Part shown: positions 13,365-26,021 of the stretch, piece by piece | Numbering within the stretch: position 1 is the stretch's first letter | How the letters are laid out: each line of letters starts with the position of its first letter | Source: Leucoraja erinacea | Lineage: Eukaryota | Length of the DNA: 64,000 nt | NCBI RefSeq assembly: GCF_028641065.1 | Contig: NC_073410.1 | Coordinates: 6,882,001-6,946,000, forward strand | Direction of reading: 5' to 3' | Notes under the pieces: model-generated | Told to the model about the DNA's origin: nothing | What the model saw: the letters and a program-made list of their open reading frames with translations, nothing else | Databases searched by the model: none | Translations under genes and position numbers: made by a program

Positions 13365-13702
13365 TTGTCTGCGGAGGGCGCTCAGCATCGCCAAGGACTG
13401 CTCTCACCCCAACCATGGACTGTTTACCCTCCTACCATCCGGGAGGCGCTACAGGTCTCTCCGTTGCCGAACCAGCAGGTCGAGGACCAGCTTCTACCCG
13501 GCGGCTGTCACTCTACTCAACAACGTACCTCGGTGACTGCCAATCACCACCCCCCCCCCCCGGACACTTATTATTATTCATTCAAATCATGTGCTATGTC
13601 GCTCTTCCAGGGAGATGCTAAATGCATTTCGTTGTCTCTGTACTGTACACTGACAATGACAATTAAAATTGAATCTGAATCTGAATCTGAATCTGAATCT
13701 GA
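13365..13702 (+). mobile_element. Rex1/Babar LINE 3' fragment (family with TGAATC tail)
   Basis: CLRRALSIAKDCSHPNHGLFTLLPSGRRYRSLRCRTSRSRTSFYPAAVTLLN is the Rex1-type ORF C-terminus; 3' UTR ends in (tgaatc)n. Confidence 0.88.
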
Positions 13703-14702
13703 TGGTGTGAATGCACAGCCTTTTATCCAAAGTCGGGGAACCGAGAAGCAGAGATTATAGGTCTAAGGTAAGAGGGGAAAGATATATACAGTATCCTGGA
13801 GGGGGAACCTTTTCACTCAGAAGGTGTGGGTATATCAAACAAGCTGCCAGCAGAGGTAGTTGAGACTGGTACTATAGCAACATTTAATGGACAATTGGAC
13901 AGGTACATGGACAGGAAAGGTTTAGAGGGATATCAATGGTTCAATGGTGCTTTTATTATCACAGGTGCAAATATACAGATAAATTATGTTCTCACAGATA
14001 GTCCAGTACAGTATTCCCATGTCCAAGCACATCCTGGATTAACAAAGTGTACAGAAATAGACCACTGAGCCCACGTACAAGACACGGCACATTTTGGCGC
14101 CATTTTCATAGTCCAGCCCGCGCTCTCGTTGTTAAGAGCGGCATCCAAATGGGTCAACTGCAGGTAAATGGGATTACTTTAGATGGGGCAGCATGGACTA
14201 GTTGTGCCAAAGAGCCAAGCTCCATGACTATGACTGACTGTAACAGGCAAAGGCTGGATTCAATGTCTCCTCTGATCAACATTCCAACCTTCACTCCTGA
14301 GGTTTGTGCTTCGCCCCCTCAGTCCACAGCCTCATCGCTCAATGTTGAGAATGTTGCCAGCGGGCAGAAGCAAACACTAATACCAAGACAGCAGCAATGC
14401 AGCATATCAGCGCTGCCCGGCTGCACTTAAACTGCAAGGGAAAGCTAGCCTGAATGATGCTCCATCATTGCAGCCCCACTTCCCACCACAATCTAACTTC
14501 ATTCACAGCAACTAAGCCATCGATCCATTTTCCTCCCACATTCCCAATGTAATCGGGCTGCTCGGATCAGCCATCTCTCCTCTCAGCCTCAAAATGGTCT
14601 TAATTCGGCTATTACCGCCCCTGTAGTTTGTGGCAACCAATGTGCACACAATCCCCATTCGCTGCATCAGACAATGCCTGTATTGTATTGTATTGTACAG
14701 TG

Positions 14703-14931
14703 TTTGGCAGTCTGATAAACCACTCCTGGAGTTTTCCACCAATACTTTATTCAAAAGTTTAAGTTGCAGCATACAGGTTTAACAGACACGTCTGGCCACA
14801 TCGGTGGTCAGCGCTGAACTAACGCGCGCAAGGGAAAAAACGCACGAAAACCCCAGCCCCTCCCGAGTCACGTGACCGCGGCTTCCGAACGCCGGGTTCG
14901 ATATCTGCGTGCGCTAGCAGGCGCCGCTACA
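14703..14931 (-). mobile_element. Candidate solo LTR (Gypsy-like)
   Basis: 229-bp CpG-rich segment flanked by the 4-bp direct repeat AGTG (14699-14702 / 14932-14935). Minus strand starts TGTAGCGG and ends CTGCCAAA (imperfect IR, one change from ...CACA), with AATAAA at 14746-14751(-). Confidence 0.6.
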
Positions 14932-15349
14932 AGTGATCATTTTCTTATGACCATGGAGACCATTCGGTCCATCAATTCCATGCTGTCCTTGATTTATTTC
15001 ATAAGTACCCCAGTGTAGCATAAAGGGATCACAATAGGTGCTACAGAAATGCAGGACTTTCCGGGGTACTGGGAACGGGTTTGCTATCTGCGTTACTGCA
15101 TTGCCGCTTGTCTGCATTACCTCAACTTCCCGTGAATGGGAAACGAGAGCTCTCCCACAATTTCACACCAGAGTTTTAATGGAAGCTCCGTCGAGTTGGC
15201 AGAGTCAGGGAACAACAGGCTTCCACTGTGAAGTACAGGGCAGTCTAACCCAGGCACCAAACCTCAGGGAAAATGCCCGGAGCTGTCAAGGCAAGCTTCT
15301 CCTCCAACCTCATCTACTGCATCCGTTGTTCAGGATGTGGACTCTTATA

Positions 15350-15443
15350 TCTGAAGAAGGGTTTCGGCCCGAAAAGTTGCCTATTTCCTTCGCTCCATAG
15401 ATGCTGCTGCACCCGCTGAGTTTCTCCAGCATTTTTGTGTACC
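15350..15443 (+). mobile_element. 94-bp Penelope-derived hammerhead unit with 14-bp TSD
   Basis: Starts tCTGAAGAagggtttcggcccGAAA; flanked by tgtggactcttata at 15336-15349 and 15444-15457. Confidence 0.88.
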
Positions 15444-15841
15444 TGTGGACTCTTATACATTGGGCGAGACCAAACGTAGACTGTGCGATTGTTGCGCTCA
15501 ACACCTTCGCTCAGTCCGCCTGAACCTACCTGATCTCCTGGTTACTGAACACTTTAATTCTCCTTCCCATTCCCACACTGACCTTTCTGTCCTAGGTCTC
15601 CTCCATTGTCAGAGTGAGGCTAAACGCAAATTGGAGGAACAGCATCTCATATTTCGCTTGGGCAGCTTACAGCCCAGTGGTATTAACATTGATTTCTCTA
15701 ACTTCCCTCTCTCTCCATCCCTCCCCCAGCCAAGATGCACCAGCTTCTCGCTTTCACCCAACAGCTAACAATGGCCAGTTTCCTTCATCATCGTTACTTT
15801 TTTGCACATCTTTCATTCATTGTTCTTTATCTCTCTATATC

Positions 15842-16262
15842 ATAGAAACATAGAAATTAGGTGCAGGAGTAGGCCATTCGGCCCTTCGAGCCTGCACCGC
15901 CATTCAATATGATCATGGCTGATCATCCAACTCAGTATCCCGTACCTGCCTTCTCTCCATACCCCCTGATCCCCTTAGCCACAAGGGCCACATCTAACTC
16001 CCTCTTAAATATAGCCAATGAACTGGCCTCAACTACCCTCTGTGGCATTCTTCACCACTCTCTGCGTAAAAAAAGTTCTTCTCATCTCGGTTCTAAATGA
16101 TTTCCCCTTTATCCTTAAGCTGTGACCCCTTGTCCTGGACTTCCCTAACATCGGGAACAATCTTCCTGCATCTAGCCTGTCCAACCCCTTAAGAATTTTG
16201 TAAGTTTCTATAAGATCCCCTCTCAATCTTCTAAATTCTAGAGAGTATAAACCAAGTCTATA
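15842..16262 (-). mobile_element. CR1 LINE 3' fragment nested in the Penelope 3' UTR
   Basis: ORF 16029..16268(-) RLGLYSLEFRRLRGDLIETYKIL...; (catagaaa)n tail at the left end. Confidence 0.9.
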
Positions 16263-17419
16263 AACCAAGGTATAAACCTGACTATCATCGTCTATATCTC
16301 TCGTTTCCCTTATCCTGAACTAGTCCGAAGAAGGGCCTCGACCCATTCCTTCTCTCCAGAGATGCTGCCTGTCCGACTGAATTACTCCAGCTTTTTGTGT
16401 CCTTCCGTTGAAATGCAATAGCTGTCGGGGGGGTAGTGCTGGTTAAAATCCACTCTGCTGCTCTGTGTACTGGAATTCCATGCGCTACCAACAGAACTGA
16501 CCCTGGTAATCAACATTCATTTAAGTGTTCCACCACACTGCGCATAAAGTGCCCAAACCAATTTAGACCCGACCACCAGAAGCGTTCGTTATTTTTATGG
16601 TGTCACGGATTAATTTCTCCCCTCATCCTGACTTTTAACAGAAAGAAAGGGCGAAATATTGCGTAAATGTCGTCCGTTCATGCGGAAAATGCTGAACAAA
16701 ACAATCAGTTTAATTGTCGAACCAAAAGATGACGGGACCTGTACAGACAGCAAATTGTTCTGAAATGACGGGGGTCGCGACACTTCTTCCACTGGCCTCC
16801 TGGTATCGTTCTGCTTTGAAAGGCAGTGAAGTGTTTTTGCTTTCAAATTATGATTTAACAATTCAAAACAAGACGCAAGTACTTGGGGCAGATGAAGTCC
16901 GAGTGGGGCTTAAAATAAAAATATGTTGGTGTTTCTGGGAAAGATCTTCTTCACTCCGACAAAGTTATTTGATTTACACAGTGAACATTTAAGATTCCCG
17001 TCTCTCAAGTCCCATCACATCAGCTGGAATAACTCAGCGGGACAGGCAGCATCTCTGGAGACCCTTCTTCAGACTCTGTGTGTGAGATCGAGCTTCCTAG
17101 TCAGCTGGTTTTTGGTTCAGTTTGAAGAAGGGTCTCGACCCGAAACGTCACCCATTCCTTCTCTCCAGCGAAGCTGCCTGTCCCACACAGTGGCACAGCG
17201 GGAGAGCTACTGCCTTACACCACCAGAGACCCGGGTTCGATCCTGACTCCGGGTGCTGTTTGTACGGAATTTGTACGTTTTCCCCGTGACCTGCGTGGGT
17301 TTTTTCTCCGAGATCTTCGGTTTCCTCCCACACTCCAAAGACGTACAGATTGGTAGGATAACTGGCTGGGTATGAATGTAAAATTGTCCCTAGTGTGTGT
17401 GGTGGTGGTGATAATGTGC

Positions 17420-17925
17420 GGGTACAGAGATGGTTCACCAGACTGATTCCTGTGATGGCAGGACTTTCATATGAAGAAAGACTGGATAGACTCGGCTTTT
17501 ACATGTTAGAATTTAGAAGACTGAGGGGGGATCTTATAGAAACTTACAAAATTCTTAAAGGGTTGGACAGGCTAGAAGCAGGAAGATTATTCCCGATGTT
17601 GGGGAAGTCCAGAACTAGGGGTCACAGTTTAAGGATAAGAGGGAAGTCTTTTAGGACCGAAATGAGAAAATCATTTTTTACACAGAGAGTGGTGAATCTG
17701 TGGAATTCTCTGCCACAGAAGGTAGTTGAGGCCAGTTCATTGGCTATATTTAAGAGGGTGTTAGATGTGGCCCTTGTGGCTCAAGGGATCAGGGGGTATG
17801 GAGAGAAGGCAGGGATGGGATACTGAGTTGGAAGATCAGCCATGATCATATCGAATGGCGGTGCTGGCTCGAAGGGCCGAATGGCCTCCTCCTGCACCTA
17901 TTTTCTATGTTTCTATGTTTCTATG
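17420..17925 (+). mobile_element. CR1 LINE 3' fragment nested in a V-SINE (17185-17992)
   Basis: ORF 17395..17826 RVQRWFTRLIP...LSYEERLDRLG...; (tttctatg)n tail; the SINE resumes at tatcgttggtcggtgcggactcgg. Confidence 0.92.
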
Positions 17926-18930
17926 TATCGTTGGTCGGTGCGGACTCGGTGGGCCATAGGGCCTGTTTCTGCATTTCATCTCTAAACTAAACAGTCTGCC
18001 AATAAATGCTACTAAACCGTACCAGGGTCTCAGCTCTATCTTGTCTTGAGATCAAACAGCAGAAAATAATGTGTTGCCTGCTCTGTTGCAGTAGCTGAAA
18101 TTTGCAGCATGTTCACCAAGCTTACAGAATCAAAAGTGCATTCGACTTAGACAGCGATACCTATAAATCCAAGGCCACTGACCTTTCCATGTAGAGAGAC
18201 CAGAGAGGGGGTGGGGAAAGAACGCAAATGGTCTCTGGTGGCCATAAGTCATGCGGTAATTGTTTTCCAAATCAGCCACAGTATTAAAGAGAGGGGGAAA
18301 GAGACGCAACGTGTGATATTTAACATCCCATTTCCAGAATTTATCGCAGTTAATTTAAATCAGCCTGGGAATCTCTCGTTCAGAGCAAAACTGACATTCT
18401 GTTTTCTTAAAGGCAGTAAACAGTGTCTGACAGTTGTGTCAGGGTGGGTTAACCTTCAGGGGGACAATCTGCACAATCACAAGCACGTTTCAGCAGCTTT
18501 CCCTGTGAAGCATAAAAGCCTACTGCCAGGTATAAAAACATAGACGCACTCGCTGAGAATCTCCAGCGGAGCTTTGAGTCCCTAAGGTTTCAAGGGGCCA
18601 TCATGCATCTTATCTGGTGAAACAGCTTACATTTTACATTTACCTGCGAAAAGTGAAGTGTCCATTTACGTTTCCTGGTCTTTCATTCGTTGTTCTGTGT
18701 CATTGTCACTATCATTTGTTTCCCTCTCCCCTGAATCTTAGTCTGAAGAAGGTTCTTGACCCGAAATGTCGCCCATTCCTTCTCCCCAGAGATGCTGCCT
18801 GCCCCCCCGAGATACTCCAGCATTTTGTATCTATCTGATGTTTCCTTCAAGATGCTTGGATAGACACTACCAGAGAGCCTTCTTGCAAATAACAACAGAC
18901 AAGAGGAAGAACACGAGGAAGTTGGAACAG

Positions 18931-19167
18931 AAGACCTGTCCCACTTGGCGACTTTTTCGGCAACTGCCGGCGACATTGACTGATGCATCAGGGACAGCAA
19001 AAGATTTTGAACATTTCAAAATCCAGCGGGCGACAAAAAAAATGTTGCCACACTTGAGGAGACACTGCGCGTCATTCGTCATCACGCCGCAACTTTATCG
19101 GTGACCGGATACATCAGTCAATGATGCTGGAAGTCGCCGAAAAATATCGCCAAGTGGGACAGGCCCT
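18931..19167. mobile_element. Harbinger-like MITE (internal family C)
   Basis: cctgtcccacttggcgac ... tcgccaagtgggacaggccct TIRs; interior differs from family A. Confidence 0.75.
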
Positions 19168-21257
19168 TACAGCTCCAGAGACCCAGGTTCGATCCTGACC
19201 ACAGGAGTTGTCTGTACGGAGATTGTACATTCACCCAGTGACCGTGTAGGTTTCAATCTCTGTTGAAATGTTACAAAAACCTCATAATACAAATCGAGAA
19301 TGTGTAGAGTTTTGCATTACATTGTAAATTGTTTTTAATCTGCTCTTTCCCGTGGCTATCAGTAAGAAGGACCGTCTGAATTTAATTGACTGCACCAGTC
19401 CCAGAAGATTGCTTGTAAAAGTCAATAACTGACATCGTGAAATCCTATTCACACAATGGCTTACCATTAAATACTGCCTTGTAAATACTGACACATGAAG
19501 CCTTACCCCCCCCCTACTGAATATACCAGCACGCCTGGAGATATGCCCTCTCCTGCAAATATTACCACAACAACCGATGCCAACAACACCTCCTCCCACC
19601 TACAAATCCTTGGGAAATTCCTTCATGTAGAGACACAGAGACAAAGTCCCATGGAAGTCTGATCAACCATCTACTTTGTGAGGAGAAATAACAGAGGTTG
19701 TACCAATGGCAAAAACACTCAGCACACATCAGTAGAAGCCTATAGTCACAAAGAACTGCAGATGCTGGTTTATAGCAGAGATAGATACAGAGTGCTGGAG
19801 TAACTCAGCAGGCAGGCAGAATCTCTGGAGATAAAGGATAGGTAACGTTTTGGGTCGGTACCAAAAGATGGGTCTGAAGAAGGGTCCCGACCCAAAGCCT
19901 ATTTCTCCTGAGATGCTGCCTGACCTGCTTAGCCATAGCTCGTTGTGTCCATCTAAAGCCTGTAAGAATATTGGTTACAACATATGTAGGCAAAATACTT
20001 AGTAGTTAAGCACTGCCTGTCAAAGGGTTGAAGTTCCACAGAGCAATGTTCCCTGAACAGCAACAAGCCCATGTGGCGATCTTGTGGAGATCCCATGGGA
20101 GACCAAACTCACCCAACAAGACTCGAGTTAGATAGAGCTCTTAGGGCTAGCAGAATCAAGGGGTACGGGGAAGAGGCAGGGACGGGGTACTGATGTGGAT
20201 GATCTGCCAAGATCACATTGAATGGCGGTGCTGGCTCAAAGGGCTGAATGGCCTACTCCTGAACCTAATGTCTATGAATCTATGTCAGCCATTCCTCCTC
20301 TCCAGAGATGCTGCCTGTCCCGCTGAGTTACTCCAGCATTTGGTGTCAATATGCACTGTTTTATTATCATTAATATTAATGTCTTTACTTTCTGTCACAA
20401 ATATATTTTAAGCAAAATTGAACTTTTTTAAGAACTTAATTTTTTTAATTATTCAAATGAATGTCAGCTCATCAGCGTTACTGAAGGCAATTGACCTTCC
20501 GGCCATGATGTGGAGATGGGGACAGTCAGAGAAATGATCTCAGGATCCTCCACCAAAGGCTCAGTTCCCCTTCGAGGACCTCTCTACCCCACAGGGTTGC
20601 TGCACCAAGCAAAGCCCAGAGCTCCACAGGCCCCACAGGCCCCAGTGCAAGCCACGGGCCCCAGGCTTCTGAACTCAGTACGCCATGCTGAGCAATAATA
20701 AATCAAGCCGCTCCACAAGGATTAGAGTCAAAGAATCGGCCTTGTGGCCCATCACGTGCATGGCGACTGCTTTGCCCATCTACACCAATCCCATCTGCCC
20801 GCATTAGGTCTATATCCTTCAATGCCTCGCTTATTGGAGATTCGATCTAAATGCCCCTTCACTAAAGTGGAGTGGGCGGCAAGGTGGTTCCGCGGTGGAG
20901 TTGCTGCCTTACAGCGCCTTCAGCGCCAGAGACCCAGGTTCGATTCCGACTGCAGGTGCTGTCTGTACGGAGTTTGTACGTTCACCCCGTGAACACGAGG
21001 GTTTTTCTCCGAGATCTTCGGTTTCCTCCCGCACTCCAAAAACGTACAGGTTTGTAGGTTAAATGGCTCGGTATAAATGTTATAAATGTATAAATGTAAA
21101 TTGTCCCTGGTGTGTAGGTTAGTGTTAGTGTGCGGGGATCACTGGTCGGTGCGAAAGGTGGCATTCCCACCCGGAAGTGTCAGGATATATTCATGTGCGC
21201 CCTCATCTCTGCACTTCAACCTATGATAGTTCAATTTTAGTTTAGAGATACAGCACG

Positions 21258-21633
21258 GAAACATAGAAACATAGAAAAAAGGTGCAGGAGTAGGCCATTC
21301 GGCCCTTCACCGCCATTCAATATGATCATGGCTGATAATCCAACTCAGTATCCTGTACCTGCCTTCTCTCCATACCCCCTGATCCCTTTAGCCACAAGGG
21401 CAACATCTAACTCCCTCTTAAATATAGCCACTGAACTGGCCTCAACTACCTTCTGTGGCAGAGAATTCCACAGATTCACCACTCTCTGTGTAAAAAATGA
21501 TTTTCTCATCTCGGTCCTAAAAGACTTCCCCCTTATCCTTAAACTGTGACCCCTTGTTCTGGACTTCCCCAACATCGGGAATAATCTTCCTGCATCTAGT
21601 CTGTCCAACCCCTTAAGAATTTTGTAAGTTTCT
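21258..21633 (-). mobile_element. CR1 3' fragment nested in the tail of a minus-strand V-SINE (21232-21928)
   Basis: ORF 21345..21692(-) fuses SINE tail sequence to the CR1 C-terminus; (catagaaa)n tail. Confidence 0.9.
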
Positions 21634-23347
21634 AAAACAGGCCCTTCAGCCCACCGGGTCCGCGCCGCCTTGCGTTTCCTGCACATTAGCATTATCCTGC
21701 ACCCACTAGGGACAATTTTTTTACATTTACCAAGCCAATTTACCTACAAACCTGTACGTCTTTGGAGTGTGGGAGGAAACCGAAGATCTCGGAGAAAACC
21801 CAAGCAGGTCATGGGGAGAACGTACAAACTCCGTACAGACAGCACCCGTAGTCGGGGTCGAACCAGGGTGTCTGGCGCTGCATTCGCTGTAAGGCAACAA
21901 CACTACCACTGCACCACCGTGACTGCCCTCTTTAAAAGTAAGAACTCAGTGCATACCAAGGACCAGCCGCCACTGTGTGTGTGATGGTGGTGGGAGAGGC
22001 AGAGGGCTGTGTGGATTACATCGTGTCAAGTAGGACAACTGAAAGCCACAAGATATCTCTGAGAATATCCCTTGGGGTGTAAAACAAACATCGTGTTTAT
22101 GTTCAGTTAGAAGCATTTGTTGCAGCAAATAATTAAATTCTATTATGTAGTAATTTCATTAAGCAAATGCAACTCTCTGTGTATCATTTAATTTCCTTGA
22201 TATAAAAAGGATTAAGAGATTTGGAGCTGGTTTTAATTATATTTATAATGGATACAACAGAGGTTTTGAAGTCTCTCTTCACTATTTTAATGTATTAGCC
22301 TCACACAGAGAAAAACGCACCAGATAGTCTCTGAAGCCACTGCTATTTGCATCGAAACAGAGAACCGCAGGGCCTATTATTCTGCGTTTTAGAAGAGTAA
22401 CTCCAGTTTGTTGGTAATTATTTCTGACTGAAAGCACATGGGTTGAATATTAAAAGTACCAACAGTGACACAAGCCCTTGCTTGCCATTATTGCAACACT
22501 TGAAGGAAATGGTCGATTGAGCCTCATTGATACATGAGCACTTAATCGCTACTATTCACTTCAATTATCTTTAAATATTTAATTAAAGGGTTTGATGCAT
22601 TACTGAGCAAGGCTGTATACAAAAATAGGGCTGTAATGGGGATATTAATTGAAATCCCTCAGGAAGATTTGGTTCTAACCAAATGGCCCCGCACATGTTT
22701 AGAAGTTTAAATAAGGGGTTCCAGTTCTATTGCAGGTTCCACACTTGGACATTCAGAGCTGTTGAGTTTTATGGGCCACCATAAACCTTCACCACATGGG
22801 GGACATACAAGTCACTTTATCACAGTCTATTAACTTGATTAACAAGTTAGAAGGTGAGTAATTTCACACCAATGCTTTGATATCGCAACTAGAAACATAT
22901 TTACAAATCTCTACATTTTTAAACCTTCAGTGGGTCAAATAAAGTCCATGATGCATAGACTTGCATTTATATATTGAACTCACTGCATCTCAGAAATTAA
23001 TTACTTCAAAGTGCAGCACCTGTAGCCATTATATGCTCCAACATGCTCAGCTAAATATTGACACAAAGATTAGTCAGCTCATTTATTTTTAGTGGCATTT
23101 GGTTGGGGAAGCTGGTGCATAAAGTAATCTTTCTGTAATCCCTTCGTTGGTTGCTGCATTGCCTTCCACCTGGGCCATAACAATGGACGTGTTAAATTGA
23201 GATGAAGCTAGAATGGGTGGCCAGCTCCAAGACATTCCTCACGTTGAGCAGTCCACCACTCTTGAGAAGACAGCAAGCCAAATCCCCAATGTGTGATATA
23301 CAAACTAAAAATGACAACCGTATATATAATTTACCTTGTTTAAGAAA

Positions 23348-23634
23348 CACCCCAGCGGTATGAACATTGAATTCTCCAGTTTCAGGTAATCCTTGCTTTC
23401 AAGCTTGGGTAGTTTACACCCCAGCGGTACGAACATTGGATTTCTCCCTCCTTCCCCTCCCCTTCCCAGCTCTCCAACAGCCTTCTGTCTCCGCCTCTTC
23501 CTTTCTTCTTTCCGCCCTCCACCCCGCACCCCCCACGTCAGTCTGAAGAAGGGTCTCGACCCGAAACGTCACCTATTCCTTCGCTCCATAGATGCTGCCT
23601 CACCCGCTGAGTTTCTCCAGCATTTTTGTCTACC
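23348..23634 (+). mobile_element. Penelope-like 3' fragment (duplicated GIY-YIG end plus hammerhead at 23543-23570)
   Basis: caccccagcggtatgaacattga (HPSGMNIE) occurs twice, followed by a pyrimidine-rich UTR and CTGAAGAAGGGTCTCGACCCGAAACGTC. Confidence 0.8.
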
Positions 23635-23740
23635 ATATAATTTACCTTAATCATTTCTAACTCTGAGCAGTTAATAACATTAGTAATGCATCCACGGGAA
23701 GGCTCATGGATTGAGTCAGTCGGATTCTTACAGCATGGAA

Positions 23741-23834
23741 GGTAGACACAAAATGCTGGAGGAACTCAGCGGGACGGGCAGCATCTCTGGAGAGAAGGGA
23801 TGGGTGATGTTTCGGGTCCAGACCCTTCTTCAGA
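23741..23834 (-). mobile_element. 94-bp Penelope-derived hammerhead unit with 14-bp TSD, inserted in a CR1 tail
   Basis: Flanked by cttacagcatggaa (23727-23740 / 23835-23848); the minus strand begins TCTGAAGAAGGG. Confidence 0.88.
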
Positions 23835-25048
23835 CTTACAGCATGGAAACAGGCCCTTCGACCCAACCTGCTCATGCCAACCACGATGTCCTATCTACAC
23901 TAGTCCCAGTTTGCCATCATTTGGCCCATAATCCTCTAAATCTTCCCTGTTCATGTAGCAGTCCAAATATCTTTTAAATGGTTTTGTAGTATTTTCCTTA
24001 ACCACTTCTTCTGGCAGCTCGATCCATATTTCTACTATCCTCTGTGTGAAAAAGTTGCCCCTCAGGTTCCTATTAAATTTTTCCCCTCTCACCTTAAGCC
24101 TAGGTCACCTGGACCTTGGTTCTTTACCCAAGGCAAAGGACTGTGCATTCATATTTGGTATGAGGTTTGATAAAATAATAACAGCTTTAATATGTTCAAA
24201 GGATCAAACCACACTTGGTGGCATTACTCAAGGAGGCATTAGAACAGTGTTTTAAAGTACCTCTGGAGGAAGTTACAATTTCTGAGGAATATTTACATGA
24301 ATCATTCACTATTTGAGCAGCCAAAACCAGTGGCATAGGCTTTATGCTTTTACGTTAGGAAAATCATACGTGAGATGTGAGTCACGGGATGGATAAGGGA
24401 GAACTAGTAGATGTAATATATTTAGATTGAAAAAGACATTCAATTAGTTACCACATAAAAATTTCTATTAAAAGTAACGGTTCATGGGTTGAAATAAAAC
24501 ATTAATATTCACTGAGAATCAATCCCTGAAGAAACAAAAAACAATAATCATGTCTTATATCTAAGACCTATCTTCTTCCATGTTAAGTATTTCTCATGAG
24601 CTGGCATCTACAACTCTCTGGGGGGCAGAGAAAGCCAGAGATTTGCTACCTTCTGCAGCAAGAAAATGTTTTGTACCTTGGTTTTTAATGACCATCTCCT
24701 TATCTTCAAATGCCTCTTCAAGAAAGGGCCAAATACCTGAATATGAGATGGCCCCAAATACAGGTAACACAACAAAGGACAACTGGTGGAAAGTATCTCA
24801 ACATTACTCTGTCAATAAGGTCAACACTTATTATTCTAAACTCCAAAGAATACAGACCTAATATGTTTAGTCTATCCTGAGAGACAATCCTCACATCCAA
24901 GGAATTAGCCTGGAGAATCCCTTTTGCATTGCCTAATCCCCTTTCTTTGGTTGGTGGACCCTAAGTGTGTGCACAACCCCATGTTTGGCTTCACCAAGAT
25001 CATGTCAACACTTCCCTATTGCTAAACTCCAAACTCTTTGCAATAATA

Positions 25049-25359
25049 TGGCACGGTGGCGCAGAGTTAAGAGTTGCTGCCTTACAGCCGCAGAGACCCG
25101 AGTTCGATCCTGACCACGGGTGCTGTCTGTATGGAGTTTGTATGCTCTCCCCCTGACCTGCGTGGGTTTTCTCCGGGAGCTCCGGTTTCCTCCCGCACTC
25201 CAAAGACATACAGTACAGGTTTAAAGGCCAATTGGCTTCGGTAAAAATTGTAAATTGCCCCTGGTATGTGTAGGATGATGTTAGTGTTCGGGGATCGCTG
25301 GTCGGCGCGGACTCGGTGGGCTGAAGTTCCCTGCTGTAACTCTAAATTGAACTAAACTA
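25049..25359 (+). mobile_element. V-SINE (HE1-like), full length
   Basis: tRNA head, V-domain, (aacta)n tail. Confidence 0.88.
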
Positions 25360-25892
25360 ATGGCCATTTGAAATCTCAACCTCTTGCTAAACTCGCCCAC
25401 CAGTTTTTTGAGATTCATACACATTTACCACAATCCCTTTATCCTCATTGTGTAGGAAGGAACTGCAGATGCTGGTTTAAACTGAAGACAGACACAAAAT
25501 GCTGCAGTAATTCAGCGGGACAGGCAGCATCCCTGAAGAGAAGGGATGAGTGACGTAACGGGTTGAGACCCTTCTTCAGACGTCAGTATGAGGGTCTCGA
25601 CCTGAAACGTTACCCTTTATACACATTTGCAGTCTCCTTCCATTTAGATAATAACCTGCCCTTTGACTATGTTCCTACAATCTCCCACATTAATTTCAAT
25701 TTGCTAGATTTTCAGCCACCAACTCAACCTGTCCCAATGCATAGTCACAATATCTTCAACATAACTTTCCTTCCTTCCCCACTTTTCTTCGCGACATTTT
25801 GAAAATCCTCGTCCACCATACATTTAGGAAGCTGTTGCTGCAATGCTTATATCTTATTGCAGAGAGATATAAAACAAAACACTGCTACTCAC

Positions 25893-26021
25893 AGGTGGGG
25901 AGTTTTCATGTATGTTTGTGCTGTAAGGAAGGTTGTTGAAAATGGGGTCCATATCCTGGATATCTGTGATAGTGATCGCCAGGTTAGCCAACGTGGAGAG
26001 TGGGTGGTCTTTATCCTGGTC
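25893..26021 (-). CDS. CDH23: Cadherin-23 coding exon (equivalent to human/mouse c.625-753; EC2-EC3 linker)
   Basis: Acceptor ...ctttgtttcag|GAC, donor CCT|gtgagt; 129 nt. DQDKDHPLSTLANLAITITDIQDMDPIFNNLPYSTNIHENSPP carries the CDH23-typical DxQDMDP linker and is in frame with the flanking exons. Confidence 0.96.

Larger units (their letters stand above)
15300..16405 (+). mobile_element. Penelope-like retroelement 3' part: decayed GIY-YIG endonuclease, 3' UTR and terminal hammerhead-derived repeat; twice interrupted
   Basis: Removing the 15350-15443 insert gives SNLIYCIRCSGCGLLYIG/ETKRRL...HLRSVR...HFNSPSH...LEEQHLIFRLGSLQPSGINIDFSNF (GIY-YIG with CxxC..H..H). The 3' UTR is split by a CR1 (about 15842-16280) and resumes into gtccgaagaagggcctcgaccc... 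at about 16323. Confidence 0.88.
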
